The position numbers were made by a program, and so were the translations under genes. This document shows positions 1 through 12,440 of a stretch of DNA of 64,000 nucleotides, in pieces. Position 1 is the first letter of the stretch. The number at the start of each line of letters is the position of its first letter. Below the pieces are notes generated by a model. It was not told the origin of the DNA. It did no database searches and was given only the letters and a program-made list of their open reading frames with translations. The DNA is taken from assembly GCF_001194135.2 (NCBI RefSeq), contig NC_068985.1, positions 60,343,027 through 60,407,026 on the forward strand, written 5' to 3'. Origin of the DNA: Octopus bimaculoides (Eukaryota).

Positions 1-379
1 CTAGATAGTCATTTGGTTTCTCTTAAGAATTTGTCAGGTTCCTGAATGGTTTCAAACAGTTTTATTGTTTGTGTCCAAGAGAAGTTTGCAAGCAAAAGAT
101 GTTGTATGTTAAACACCCAACTTCCACTAGAAAGAAATATGGTGATAGTAGAAGCAGAAGAAATCAGTTGCAATAGTTATGTCTTTATGTTGATGGATTT
201 GGCCAACAAAAGAATGATTAGGAACGTCTTTCCAGTTACACTATAAACACCAAAGAAACAAAAAAAAAAAAGAAAAAGAAAATCATTCTGCAGAACCCTG
301 CTAGAATTAGGTAAAGTCGTTGCTGCTGTTTTGCTAAATCAGCAAATATTGCAGCATCAGATCCCTTAATGACATTAGC

Positions 380-915
380 AAGCATAATTGATGGGATTTT
401 TGCATTAGCTGTCAATCAAGGTCTGGAAATCTCTATCTTCTTGTACCCTTTTTCTATAAGAGGAATATCCACTTTAACCCATTTGATTCTCCTTCACAAA
501 ATTGTCTTCGGAAAATATTTGGTACATTTGTTATTTTTCATGCGAAGAGACTTCCTGTTGAGGGCTGAGAACAAAAACTGCCTGGGTTCGAACAATATGG
601 AAGAATCCTTTTTCCCTCCATGGATCTCTGCAGATATAATGGAATCAATTTATTTAAATGAATCTTATTTGTAAACCAGAACAAAATATGTGAATGAGGC
701 AAGTCTTTTTCTGTGGCAGGATTGAAGGAAACATCAATTGTGGCCAATATTTTGTAAAAATATAAAAAAGACTACATTTGATCATGACTGTAATTTGAAC
801 TTGCATCCACAAAATTTGTCTTCCAGTTTTAATTAATATCAACAGTTAAGTCATAGTCAGTAGCAGCCTCAATCAAGTCTTTGACTAAAAATATCAACTT
901 GCTTCTGATTTCTAG
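380..915 (-). mobile_element. Degenerate Helitron Rep (HUH endonuclease) fragment
   Basis: The minus-strand translation, with frameshifts, gives EKDLPHSHILFW (Rep motif QKRGLPHxHIL), then IDSIISAEI and KNNKCTKYFPK. These are in the canonical Helitron Rep order. Confidence 0.75.
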
Positions 916-975
916 AGAGTTGGTAAGTGGAAGATGATTGTAGGAGAGAGGCAGAGAGATAAAAATTGAAGAAGT

Positions 976-977
976 AT

Positions 978-1042
<65 letters not shown>
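976..1042. repeat. (AG)n microsatellite
   Basis: Direct reading. Confidence 0.95.
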
Positions 1043-1046
<4 letters not shown>

Positions 1047-1627
1047 TAGAATGGTGAGAAAGAGATGAAAAAGAGAAATAGACGACAATGGTGAAAACCT
1101 GAAAGAAGGAAAAGAGAATAAATGGAAGTAGCAACTCTTTCAATGAGGATGAGGAAAAAGTGTAGAAGACTTGACACTGATGGCAGCAGAGAATGAGAAA
1201 CTACTAGAATAAAATAAAGAGTGGGTGGAGAAGACGAACAGATACATGCATAAAGTTTTTTAAATATATAATGGATTCCAGAAATCTCTTATGTACAAAC
1301 ATACAGTTTATCTCCTTTAATTATGCGAATGGATCTAAAATTATTTAGTTACTTGAATTGTTATATAATTCTTTAAATAATTACCACAAATTTCAAACAT
1401 AAATGTCCATTAAACATCATTACTTTGCTTAATTAAATAAATACTTAGGTTCCCCTTACATTTACTCTCTTTTAATTAGTTCAGTGATTTCATGTAGGAT
1501 AAATGATCATATTTGTTTTACATATTTATCTCCTTTGTCATAAGCATTTTTGTCCTTTTTAAATGATTTTTACCTTAAGATACTTTGACATCCACTGAAA
1601 GAGGTTTAATATATCTCTTAACACTAG

Positions 1628-1798
1628 GGCGGTGAGCTGGCAGAACCATTAGCACACCAGACAAAATGCTTAGTGGCATTTCCTCCATCTTCACATTCTG
1701 ATTTCAAATTCTGTGAAGGTTGACTTTGCCTTTCATCCCTTCAGGTTTGATAAAGTACGTACCACTTGTGCACTGGGGTTGATGTAATCAACTAAGTA
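1628..1798 (+). mobile_element. tRNA-derived SINE family A
   Basis: Head GGCGGTGAGCTGGCAGAA, B-box-like GATTTCAAATTC, and a conserved core GACTTTGCCTTTCATCC...GATAAAGTACGTACCA shared with about 8 other copies in the window. Confidence 0.85.
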
Positions 1799-1956
1799 AC
1801 AAACTAAGGAAAGGAATTCCATGAAAGAAGTGTGTAAAACGTCCAATTCACTTGTATGTCAGTTGAATACCACATAAATATGGGTATAGTGCAAATTACA
1901 AACAATAAATTAGAGAGATTCAATTGACAATCAATAATTTATTTATATTATAAACA

Positions 1957-3500
1957 CTAGCAGAAATATCTGGCATTGCACAGGTTAAAGAGAATACTGA
2001 AATTTTAAAATGCCATCCAGTTGGTCTCAACTGCTAGTGGATGAGATACAAACTTTCTACATTAATAACTCTCCAACCCATGCCAGCATGGAACACAGAC
2101 ATTAACAGAAATGTTAAAAGAAAGTTTTCAACTCATATATGTAATATAAAGTAAATACACATAGTTCAAAAATACATTTTGTGTAGCTTATTTCATAACC
2201 AAAATACAGGTACAGATTATAAACAATGAAAGGCCGATTTTGGGGATCCATTTGACAGAGGTAGTAATGTGCCAATCCAATGATAAATCTAACCCTGTAC
2301 CTTGAAAGTTTGCATGAATTCTGACTCAGTTAAATCTCTTGTGGCTCCAAATGATGTCATCTGTAGTGTAGCATTGTCTAATTTTGTTTTGGAAGTGTTT
2401 GGAATCTTGGTCAGTTGATGACAACAGTCTCTTCAATGGCTCTGCAGGTTGGGATATTGCACCACTTCAGCACAGTGCAAGTATCTCTCCAGACCACTTT
2501 GTTGCTTTACAATGTATGCAATCAGTTTTCATTGCACCAATGGAAACGCTAGTGCCGTCTGCATAATGAACTGCCGATCATAATTAAAAGCTGCTTCATA
2601 GAAATTGCTTCTCTGAGCTGTTGCAACTGCTCTTTGTTCTGCAGTGGAGATCCTATTCCTTGTCAGCCATGCATAGCTCTGTTCATCACTTTGAGATGCT
2701 CTGGCTTTTATAGTGCACAGTCTGTTCGTTTCTTTGTATGCTTCCCTTTCTGCAGCTGTCTCTCTTTCCCTGTACAGGGGCATTCTTTTGGCTGACCTTG
2801 AAATTGTAGATAAATTTGACACTTTCCTTCTAGGTATGGTTATATACATATACAGAAATACACGGGTGCAGAAGATAGTTAACAATGAAAATAACTGGGT
2901 AACAGAAATTATATTCTTTAATATGATGGGCAGAAAGTAAATAAGAAATTTTTATGGAAAATAAAGAATTGTATGGGTTGAAGCGAAATTTGTCAGTGAA
3001 CCAAAGAGCCAGTATCAAAGGAACCAGAAAAAAGCTGTTAACAACAGAAAAACACAAGACCATTGCAAAAGTAAGAGATTTTGGGGGCAAGTAACTAAGT
3101 GTATGGATTTAAATGAAATTTTTGAAGTTACTTCTGTCAGTAAATTACGAACTTACTTTTATTAGTAATTCCATCAACAACAAAAAATACAAAATGTCAC
3201 AAAAGTAAATAAGAAATTTGTAGGTAAATTTAACGAAGTGTATGGATTGAAGTCAGATTTATGAAGCTACTTCTATCAGTAAATTATGTATGAAATGACT
3301 TTCATCAGTAATTGTGAATTTCTTTCTGTAAATAATTTGTCGTTGTTTGTAAATAGCAGTTGAAAACTTACAGTGAAATCAATTGTGATTGAACTTAAAG
3401 TGAAAACAATAGCATCGAAAAATTGAAAGTGAAAATAGGGAGTGAGTGAGATATAGAGAGAGGGGAAGAGAGAGAAAGCTAGCTAGAGTATGTGTATAGA
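1957..3500 (-). mobile_element. Internally deleted Helitron with both termini
   Basis: The minus strand begins A|TC at 3500 and ends CTAG|T at 1957. It encodes a Helitron N-terminus (PRRKVSNL..AFNYD..SIGAMKTDCIHCKATKW..QMTSFGA..FKVQG.IYHWIGTLLP) with stops. Short degenerate repeats lie upstream of the ORF (2880-3300). Confidence 0.75.
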
Positions 3501-3699
3501 TATCCCTTCCTCCTATCACTTTATTCTGGCCACTAGCTAACACACTCTCTCATTTCATTCCCTCTCTCTTCACTTCTTTTTTGTCTCCCACCCTTTTGCT
3601 TCTCTTTTTCCTCCCATTCTCTCTTCCTGTTTTTGATTTGACCTATCTCTTTCTAATCTCCTTTTTCTAATCTCCTTTTTCTAATCATACACACCTCTC

Positions 3700-4265
3700 C
3701 TCCCTCTATCTATCCATAAACACTGCCAACACATTTCAATTCACGCCAGAATTCCCTCGATTAACCGACACTGTTTACAAGGCTCTATGCTTGGAATGAC
3801 CAAATATAACTCACACATCAGGTACAAGAAAATTTCTTCACCAAAAAATTTTTTCACCACTTATATACACCATTCTACTTGAATAATGGAACTGCAAATA
3901 CAATATCCTTATGTATCTTACCTTTATATTCATTCTCTTACTTTCCTCTGTATTTCATATCTTCTCTACAATAATTAATACTCAAACATTTTCTCGCACC
4001 GTCTCTGATGAAGGGATATATAAAATATTCTGGAAACATCTGTAAAACCTTTTCTTGATAAATGTTATAAAATCTATTTACTGCCTTGGTTTTTCTATCT
4101 CATTCTGTCAATTTTTATATATATGCATGCTAATGCATGACCCACATTGGACTCCTCACTCATATCATTATCGAGCCTGGAGCTTGGGCATGGTCTATCC
4201 ATAGCACTTACTTAGCTTTTACCTGATACCTTTTGGGTCTTCCTGTCACCAATACCTTTCATACC
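3700..4265 (+). mobile_element. Probable Penelope-like terminal-repeat (pLTR) fragment
   Basis: Contains a hammerhead-like motif at 4001-4048 and runs into (TA)n. No coding motif was recognised. Confidence 0.4.
4001..4048 (+). ncRNA. Degenerate minimal hammerhead-ribozyme-like motif
   Basis: GTCT-CTGATGA-A-GGGATAT/ATATTCT-G-GAAA-C-ATCT-G-TA-AAAC. The core boxes, stem II, a 2-bp stem III and a GUA site are present. Stem I pairs at 3 of 4 positions. Confidence 0.5.
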
Positions 4266-5028
4266 CTATATATATATATATATATNNNNNNNNNNNNNNN
4301 NNNNNNNNNNNNNNNNNNNNNNNNNNNNNNNNNNNNNNNNNNNNNNNNNNNNNNNNNNNNNNNNNNNNNNNNNNNNNNNNNNNNNNNNNNNNNNNNNNNN
4401 NNNNNNNNNNNNNNNNNNNNNNNNNNNNNNNNNNNNNNNNNNNNNNNNNNNNNNNNNNNNNNNNNNNNNNNNNNNNNNNNNNNNNNNNNNNNNNNNNNNN
4501 NNNNNNNNNNNNNNNNNNNNNNNNNNNNNNNNNNNNNNNNNNNNNNNNNNNNNNNNNNNNNNNNNNNNNNNNNNNNNNNNNNNNNNNNNNNNNNNNNNNN
4601 NNNNNNNNNNNNNNNNNNNNNNNNNNNNNNNNNNNNNNNNNNNNNNNNNNNNNNNNNNNNNNNNNNNNNNNNNNNNNNNNNNNNNNNNNNNNNNNNNNNN
4701 NNNNNNNNNNNNNNNNNNNNNNNNNNNNNNNNNNNNNNNNNNNNNNNNNNNNNNNNNNNNNNNNNNNNNNNNNNNNNNNNNNNNNNNNNNNNNNNNNNNN
4801 NNNNNNNNNNNNNNNNNNNNNNNNNNNNNNNNNNNNNNNNNNNNNNNNNNNNNNNNNNNNNNNNNNNNNNNNNNNNNNNNNNNNNNNNNNNNNNNNNNNN
4901 NNNNNNNNNNNNNNNNNNNNNNNNNNNNNNNNNNNNNNNNNNNNNNNNNNNNNNNNNNNNNNNNNNNNNNNNNNNNNNNNNNNNNNNNNNNNNNNNNNNN
5001 NATATATATATATATATATATATATATA

Positions 5029-5893
5029 CAAAGTCTGATTAATAAATATCCAGACTGTTGCCATAGTAGCGAAGCTAAAGCACACAGAGTGAAGCTGCTT
5101 GGCAAAGATTGGCCTTGAACTCTGCTGTGTATGTGCACTAAGTGTTAACAATCTAGCTCACTTTTGCTGTTTACAGCAGCGTTTGGAAGGAAGGTGTGTA
5201 ACATGTGTTCATCGCATTGACCATGACAGAGAAAGTTGTCATGGTAACACCTGCTCAGAGGCCTATGCAAAATTGCAGAGTGTATGGAGAGGAGTGTATG
5301 AGCTGCATAGAAGTGTACAAGTGGTTCAGACGTTTCCAAGATGGCTAAAAAATGTCAATATTGACAAATGTTCTGGGAGACCCACAACCAGAAGAACTGA
5401 GAAAAACATCGCAGATGTTCATGCAGCTGTGAGGGGAAATCATTGAATCACCATCCGTGAGTTATCAGAAGATGTGCAGATTAGTCACAGTTCAGTTCAG
5501 TCGACTATCACTGCCAAGTTTGTGTCAAAACGACTTTCAGCTGACCAAAAAGACACTGGAGTTTCAGTTGCAGAAGATCTTCTTCATTGTGTTGAGAACA
5601 ATGAAAACGTTTTGAAAACTTTGCATAGGTGTCTGAGCACATGTCGCCAAGCTTTTGACAAAATTTTATGCAGATTCTTGGTTCAACTTTCTTTGTCATG
5701 GTCAATGTGGTGATCACATGCTACACACCTTCCTTTCAAGCACTGTTGTGAACAGCAGAAGTGAGTTAGAATATTAAAACTTATTACACATACACAACAG
5801 AGTTCAAGGTCAATCTGAGCCAAGTGGCTTCACTCTGTGTGCTTTAGCTTCGTTACCTTGGCAACAGTGTGGATACTTATTGATCATACCACG
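5029..5893 (+). mobile_element. Non-autonomous mariner derivative with long inverted arms
   Basis: TA-flanked TIRs (CAAAGTCTGATTAATAAATATCC / GGATACTTATTGATCATACCACG). The + strand encodes the mariner N-terminal HTH (EAYAKLQSVYGEECMS..VYKWFRRFQDG..SGRPTT). The right arm is an inverted copy of the 5' end, including MTKKVEPRICIKFCQKLG. Confidence 0.85.
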
Positions 5894-5933
5894 TATGTAT
5901 GCACATATATGTGTGTGTGTGTTTATATATATA

Positions 5934-5968
<35 letters not shown>

Positions 5969-6069
5969 GTATGTACATATGTGTGTGTGTATATATATAT
6001 GTGTGTGTATAAGTATGTATGGACATATATATGAATATTTATATTTCTAAGTCTCTCTATATGTGTGTG

Positions 6070-6105
<36 letters not shown>

Positions 6106-6185
6106 TGTATGTATGTATGTATGTATGTATGTATGTGCGTACATGCATGCATACATTTACTTGCTCCTGTACATGCAAATATATA
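5894..6185. repeat. Compound (TG/TA/TATG)n microsatellite
   Basis: Direct reading. Confidence 0.9.
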
Positions 6186-7939
6186 TATAAATAGTAGTTT
6201 GAGACAGGTAAGAAAGAGAGAGAGTGAGAGAGAACAACTTCCTGTTACCTTCAAATACATATCTACCAACTGCAGATTCTATTTCCCTTGTTAAGTTCAA
6301 AAGAAAGCAATGAAAGTTTGTTCAGGGTTTTCCTATTCCTTTCATCACATCCATTTTAATTTAAAAATTAAAAATTAAAAGAAAAATAGTAAACCTAAAT
6401 TTGTAAATTCAAGCTGTGAGTTCCACTCTTCAACTTTCAATCTTTTCTCTAAGCCTGATAATCATTTAACTTCATCTATGTTCATAGAATAAAGAGTACA
6501 AAACAATTGAAGGTATAAAGATATTTTTGACAGACTAAATATCAAATGTTTAGGGCAGAGTAAATATTATTTAAAACTTTTTATCAGACGTTGAAATAAG
6601 ATTTGTCAAAAAATATAGATGTTCCTGGTGTGGTGTCTTTTGAATTTCAGTAGGATTGAGAAGAACAAAAAGGTGGGAGGAAGTAGGGAGAGAACGACCT
6701 TTGATTGTGTATTCTAGTTTGTGTATTTACTCCAGAAAATAAATGTCAGTCTATCAGGCAAAGATGACATCTCAAGAATTTATTATTGGTATTATCTTAT
6801 CATCATCATCATCAACATTATTTTTGCTGTTGACTTTTATAATTAAAAACAAATGTGTATGTGTACGTAGATACATATGAGTGAATGATAGAATGTGTCT
6901 TATATGTATAGAATGTATCTACTGTACATCATACAAATGAAATCAGAAATGATTACATGAACTGAAGAGGAGAAAGAATACCTCAGAGAACAAATAATAG
7001 TTTTTGAAAGCAAGGCACGATCACAATCAAACATGGGAATTATGATGCCAGACTAAAACAAAAACAAAGCAAGTGGCATCATCAGTAGGAAGAAATGGAG
7101 TACAGTAAACTCTCTCGCTCTCCCTCCCTCTCTCGCCCTTCTTTCTATTTCAATCTTTTCTTACCTTCTTACACCCTCTCTTGCTGAAACAACTTGCCAT
7201 ACTTTCATTAATTTGCTCAATACAACAGTACTCACAAGTTGATATAAGAAAAAAAGAACAAGATCAATATATTTTGCCAGGTTTGGTAGAAAATTTCCTT
7301 GTACAAAATACTGATTACGACAGGCCATAATTCTTGAGGGCACTTTCTGATAAAAGAGTATGAGCTCCAAAGCAAAGGAGATCATGAAGCTAATGTGAAA
7401 TCTCAAGCCTAATAATGTCACTAGTTCTGGTCAAATTCCTACCATAGTTCTGAAAAATTATTACATGGAAATAATCAGGCCCTGTATCTTGTCTATTTTA
7501 CCTGTTTTATTTGTGGTTTATTTTCAAACCAGTTTAAGATTTGTCTCTGTAATCCCTAAACATAACAGGGGCTCTGTGTCAAAATACCAACTTATTCCAT
7601 TAGTCAGCAGCAAGAGAAATTCTTCTGTAAAGAATAGAACCATGATATAAGTCTATTCCACTGTTACTGTTGTTTCCAATTCTGGCCTCCTATACATGGT
7701 ATATATAAAGGGTGAATTTTGTGTGAATATTTAGAGTTGAATTGTAGATGTACCCATGACGTTACAGTGTTCTGATTAGGTGACTTTCATTATCTGCATC
7801 AATAAACAAACCATACAATAAATCATACAATACTATTGTATAATGCTAAATGTACATATTGATGTCAATATGCACATATAATTTTGCACACTGAAATTAA
7901 TAATACTACATGAGGAAGGTTATGAAATAACTGTAAACA

Positions 7940-8140
7940 TACGGAAGTCTTATGGAAAAATGAATCTATATTCACCTCTGACTGGCGTGCCAAAACGAAG
8001 ACTTTTGAATTTTACCATTAAGCTGTAATTAGCAGAACCATATGCACGCGCACCCATGGCGGTGGGCAACTCTGTATACGATTCTGATGATTGCGGTTAC
8101 ATTACAAATCAGGCTGAAGAGGAATAGACAAATGGTAAGA
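7940..8140 (+). promoter_or_regulatory. Candidate CpG-rich promoter and first exon ending ATG|GTAAGA
   Basis: Local CpG enrichment in unique sequence, with CGGAAGT (ETS-like, 7942), ATGGCGG (YY1-like, 8056) and a strong donor ATG|gtaaga at 8134/8135. Confidence 0.35.
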
Positions 8141-8381
8141 ATTTGTTAAATCCGAAACCGGTTCCTGTTTAAGAATGCTTTTTTAGGTGATTTTAAATGT
8201 CTTGCCCACTCACGTTTTGGTATGCTGCTATATTTCATGTTGAGAACAATTTAGGTCTTAATAGACACGAGATGTGATCTATTTCTAGCGCATTAATTGT
8301 CCACGTTAGTGGTCGACATTATTTTTTAAAATGTACCTTAATCCCCTGAGATTGNNNNNNNNNNTAATTAACAGATTTTAT

Positions 8382-8444
<63 letters not shown>

Positions 8445-8593
8445 TTTAATAAGCTTAAGGCTTATAAGTTATCACCATGCATTGACTAAGGAAAATAGTC
8501 TAATATTGGGACACATAAACCCTAGATGGAAAAAAAGTGGGATTTTCCGTATGTGTGGGACTTGAACCCACATCAAGCTTTAAGCTTATAAAA

Positions 8594-8648
8594 TATCATC
8601 ATCATCATCGTTTAACGTCTGCTTTCCATGCTAGCATGGGTTGGACAT
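8594..8648 (-). mobile_element. RTE LINE 3' tail remnant
   Basis: (CAT)n-CGTTTAACGTCTGCTTTCCATGCTAGCATGGGTTGGAC matches the 3' end of the longer RTE copies. Confidence 0.8.
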
Positions 8649-8689
8649 TACAGAATTGTAAAATTGACATCACTTACCAAATCATCACA

Positions 8690-8910
8690 TATTCTCTTAT
8701 TCTTTTACTTGTTTCAGCTATTTGACTGTAGTCATTCTGAAGCACCACCTTAAAGAGTGTTAGTCGAACAAATTGAACCCAGGAATTATTCTTTGTAAGC
8801 CTAGTACTTATTCTATCGGTCTCTTTTGCCAAAGTAACTGCTAAGTTACGAGGACAAAAACATACCAACATCGGTTGTCAACTGACTGTGGAGGGACAAA
8901 CACAGACACA
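8690..8910 (-). mobile_element. tRNA-SINE family B, 3' half
   Basis: TTCTTTTACTTGTTTCAG...TAGTACTTATTCTATCGGTCTCTTTTGCC...GGTTGTCAA, followed by the internal microsatellite and a gap. Confidence 0.85.
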
Positions 8911-8917
8911 AACACAC

Positions 8918-8958
<41 letters not shown>

Positions 8959-9206
8959 ANNNNNNNNNNNNNNNNNNNNNNNNNNNNNNNNNNNNNNNNN
9001 NNNNNNNNNNNNNNNNNNNNNNNNNNNNNNNNNNNNNNNNNNNNNNNNNNNNNNNNNNNNNNNNNNNNNNNNNNNNNNNNNNNNNNNNNNNNNNNNNNNN
9101 NNNNNNNNNNNNNNNNNNNNNNNNNNNNNNNNNNNNNNNNNNNNNNNNNNNNNNNNNNNNNNNNNNNNNNNNNNNNNNNNNNNNNNNNNNNNNNNNNNNN
9201 NNNNNN

Positions 9207-9253
<47 letters not shown>

Positions 9254-9267
9254 CACACACACACACA

Positions 9268-9484
9268 CGAGGGGGTGCTGAAAAGTTCCTGGTTTTGGGT
9301 AAAAGAAAAAGCAGGAGGATCAGTTAATTATGATTTTATTGAACATATTCCCCTCTCAAATTCATACACTTATTGCATTGGTCCATCAGTTTTTTTTAGC
9401 CCTGTAAAAACACTTGGCAGGTTGGACCTTCAACCAGGCCTTTTGCAATACCCCTAATGCCAGGAACTTTCCAGCATCCCCTTG
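9268..9484. mobile_element. Mariner-type MITE
   Basis: TIRs CGAGGGGGTGCTGAAAAGTTCCTGG / CCAGGAACTTTCCAGCATCCCCTTG, with TA on the right. Confidence 0.85.
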
Positions 9485-9682
9485 TATAGTGAGTATAGTG
9501 AGGTCTTTGTATATGAACATAATTCATTCCAGGGACCCATTCATTAAACAAATCGTTTGTTACAGGCATAATTGAAACTCATATAAATGGGAGTGAGCCA
9601 TCCTAAGCCACACTAAAACTCCACATAAAGGCATGAAAAGATGTTTTATTTGACTATCTATCAACAACAAAATCACAAATAA

Positions 9683-11190
9683 GGTGCAGGCATGGCTGTG
9701 TGGTAAGAAGCTTGCTTCCTAACCACATGTTTATGGGCTCAGTCCCATTGCATGACACCTACTATAGCCTCAGACTTGGTAAATGGAAACTTAAAGAAGC
9801 CCATTGTACAGGGTGTCCTGAAATTAAAGCAACCAAAGTTTCAGGCTTTAATAACTATCAATAAAATTGATAAAATATGAAAATTATGCATCATTATAAA
9901 AGCTTAGTGTGTCTTCTTTTTGTTTTAGATTAAATAAATTCAGATTTATAAATTAGATCATGGCTATAGACCAAAATACAATCATAACCCTCCACAAAAA
10001 AGGTGAAAGTAATATAACCATAGCAAAAAAGCTTAGAATTAACTAAACAACAGTCTGGAAAATTGTCTAGAAATTTCAAGAGACTGGTTCCACCACTGAT
10101 CGACTTGGACGTGGTTGAAAAGGAAGTGTGTGGAACCCTCAGCTTATCAAAAGTACCAGAGAAAAGATATGGAGAAATTATCATTGTTCCATCAGAAAAC
10201 AGACTGTCTCAGCAAAAATAAGCCAAACATCGATGTATCAAGTGCTGAAGGAGGATCTCAGGACCCATCTCTACATGATGATCAGCCGTCATGAACTCAC
10301 GCAATGTGACTGGAACAAAATTGTCATATCCTGTAGCAGACTGCTGAAAGCATGCTGCCCAACCTAGTGTTCACTGATGAAAAGAAATTTGACATTGAAC
10401 AGAATAACCAGCAGAACAACCAGAATAACCGACTTTAGAGTGTATCTGGTTCCATCGAGGGTAGACTCATAGCTTGATGTCAAAATCCAGTCAGTTTTGG
10501 TTTGGGTGGCTGTGACAGCTACTGGAAGGTCTCCCCTCGTTTTTGTGCCCTCAGGTGTTAAAATTAATACCCAGCAATACATAAGCAACATTTTGGAAAC
10601 TGAAATGCTTCCATTGGTGAATGAGTACTTTCAAAGTGCACCTTGGAGCCTCCAACAGGGCTTGGCACCATTCCAAACAGACACAACACTGGATTGAGAA
10701 AAACATTCTGTCATTCAGAAGCCCCAATCTCAACCTGCTGGATTTTTCTGTTTGGTCCATTATGGAGATGAGGGTATTGAGCACTCCTTATGCTTCACTT
10801 GATGTTGTGAAAGCAAAACTGTGCCAGGAATGGGCTACAGTTCTGCAAGAACAGCTGTGTGCCACATGTGAAGCATTCACATCTAGACTTAAGGCTGTGA
10901 TTCAAAACAGGGGGTCATATCAAATAAATGTGGTTGTGTCATAATTATGTTTCTTTTTTCATTGCATTGCAATGCTTGGACCCAAAATATAATAATATTT
11001 CACATCAGCAAAATTGAAGAAAATTGGTTGCCTTAATTTTGGGCACTCTGTATGTGTGTGTGTGTGTGTGTTTATATCCCTGTAATTTAGTGGTTTGGCA
11101 AAAGAGATCAATAGAACAATTACCAAGCTCAAAATTCTTCAAGGTAATGCCCCAGCATGGCCTCAGTCTAATGATTGAAACAAGTTGGAA
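9683..11190 (+). mobile_element. tRNA-SINE family B split by a Tc1/mariner insertion (head 9683-9808, tail 11051-11190)
   Basis: The head GGCTGTGTGGTAAGAAGCTTGCTTCC lies before the transposon. (TG)n and the tail TAATTTAGTGGTTTGGCAAAAGAG lie after it. Confidence 0.75.
9809..11050 (+). mobile_element. Full-length decayed Tc1/mariner transposon (maT/DD37D-like)
   Basis: TA TSD and TIRs CAGGGTGTCCTGAAATTAAAGCAACCAA / TTGGTTGCCTTAATTTTGGGCACTCTG. Fragments include VWVAVTATGRSPLVFVPSGVKIN and RSPNLNLLDFSVWSIME, with many frameshifts. Confidence 0.9.
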
Positions 11191-11669
11191 ATGAGAGATG
11201 TGTGTGTGTGTGTGAGTATGCTTGCATATGTGTACATTTTTCCTTTTTTTTTTCGCTTCTTTCAATCCATGGTTATGTCTTTAGCAAAAATATGAGAAAT
11301 ATTAGTTTTTAAAAAAGTATGCAAATTTTTGACATTGTTTGCACATGCTCTTCCAGTTACCTATATGCATGCATTGTCTAGTTATAGTTTGTTGTTCAAA
11401 TTTCATTGTAGGTTGAGTATAATTTTTCATCAGAAAACTGTTTGGTATATAATTTGTTCATTTATCATAATGTTTGTTTGTATATGCTCTCCCTCAACTT
11501 AAACGCATGCATAGTATGCTTGCTGTTCACTGATCTAATTTCAGATCATTACACAAGTTTAATTTTCTTCAGGAAAATGGTTGTTTATTCATTTTGTTCA
11601 TTTAGGGAGCTGTTCATATATGCATACTCATTATATATAACCCTACACCAATAAACCAAACTACATATC

Positions 11670-12440
11670 CTTCCCCTGAACCCTCCAAAAGGTGGGGGCA
11701 AGTACCACAGTTTGGTCGACCACATTTTTTCACTTTTGGTTCTGTTGTTAATGGATACAGTTTTGTGCTGCTGGTTAATATTTTTTTCAGTGATTTAGGT
11801 TGCATTTTACTTTTGATAATCTTGTGTGAGTCTAAAATTTTGTTCATTGTTTTATCTCTTGTGAGGATGGGTAGATTTTGGATGATAACGTAAAAAGCTT
11901 TGTTGTTTCTAGGGTTATTTGTAGAGATGTATGGGAGTATTTTTGAGTTTGGTTCAGTATTTCAGTTGACTTCCCTTAATGTTCGTATGTCTATTTCCTT
12001 AGCTCGTTTAAATCCATCATTTGTTATATTGGGTAATGTCTTTTGATTAGTATTGATCTGAGTTCAAGGAGTCTTTGTTCACGAATATAGGTGTCTGAAA
12101 CTATGGTACAGATTCTTTTCGCTAGATTATAAGGAATATAAATTTTTATGTGTTTGGGGTGGCATGAGTTGAATAATAGGTATTGTTTAGAATCTGTGGG
12201 TTTATAGAAGATGCCAGTTTCGATGTGGTTATTGACTATTTTAATTAGGATGTCAAGAAAAGGGAGTTGTTTACTGCTGTGTTCCATGGTGAATTGTATG
12301 TTGCTATTGATATTGCTAAGCATTATTTTGAAATCGAGGAGTTTGTCCATGCTGTCTTTCCAAAGTATAAAGCAATCGTCCAGATACCACTTTCAGTTCT
12401 CCTTTAGATAGCAATGAAAAGAGGTGCCATATTTTTGTAG
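11670..12440 (-). mobile_element. Penelope-like RT/linker segment (inverted 5' part)
   Basis: WYLDDCFILW (RT catalytic motif), FTMEHSSKQLPFLDILI, YKPTDSKQYLLFNSCHPKH and KCGRPNCGTCPHL. Confidence 0.92.

Noticed and set aside
4233-5151. Long ORFs in the track, here and at all other gaps
   Set aside because: They are artefacts of N-runs and dinucleotide repeats.
7161-7421. 86-aa minus-strand ORF with nearby splice-like signals
   Set aside because: No recognisable homology, and the alternative splice choices conflict.
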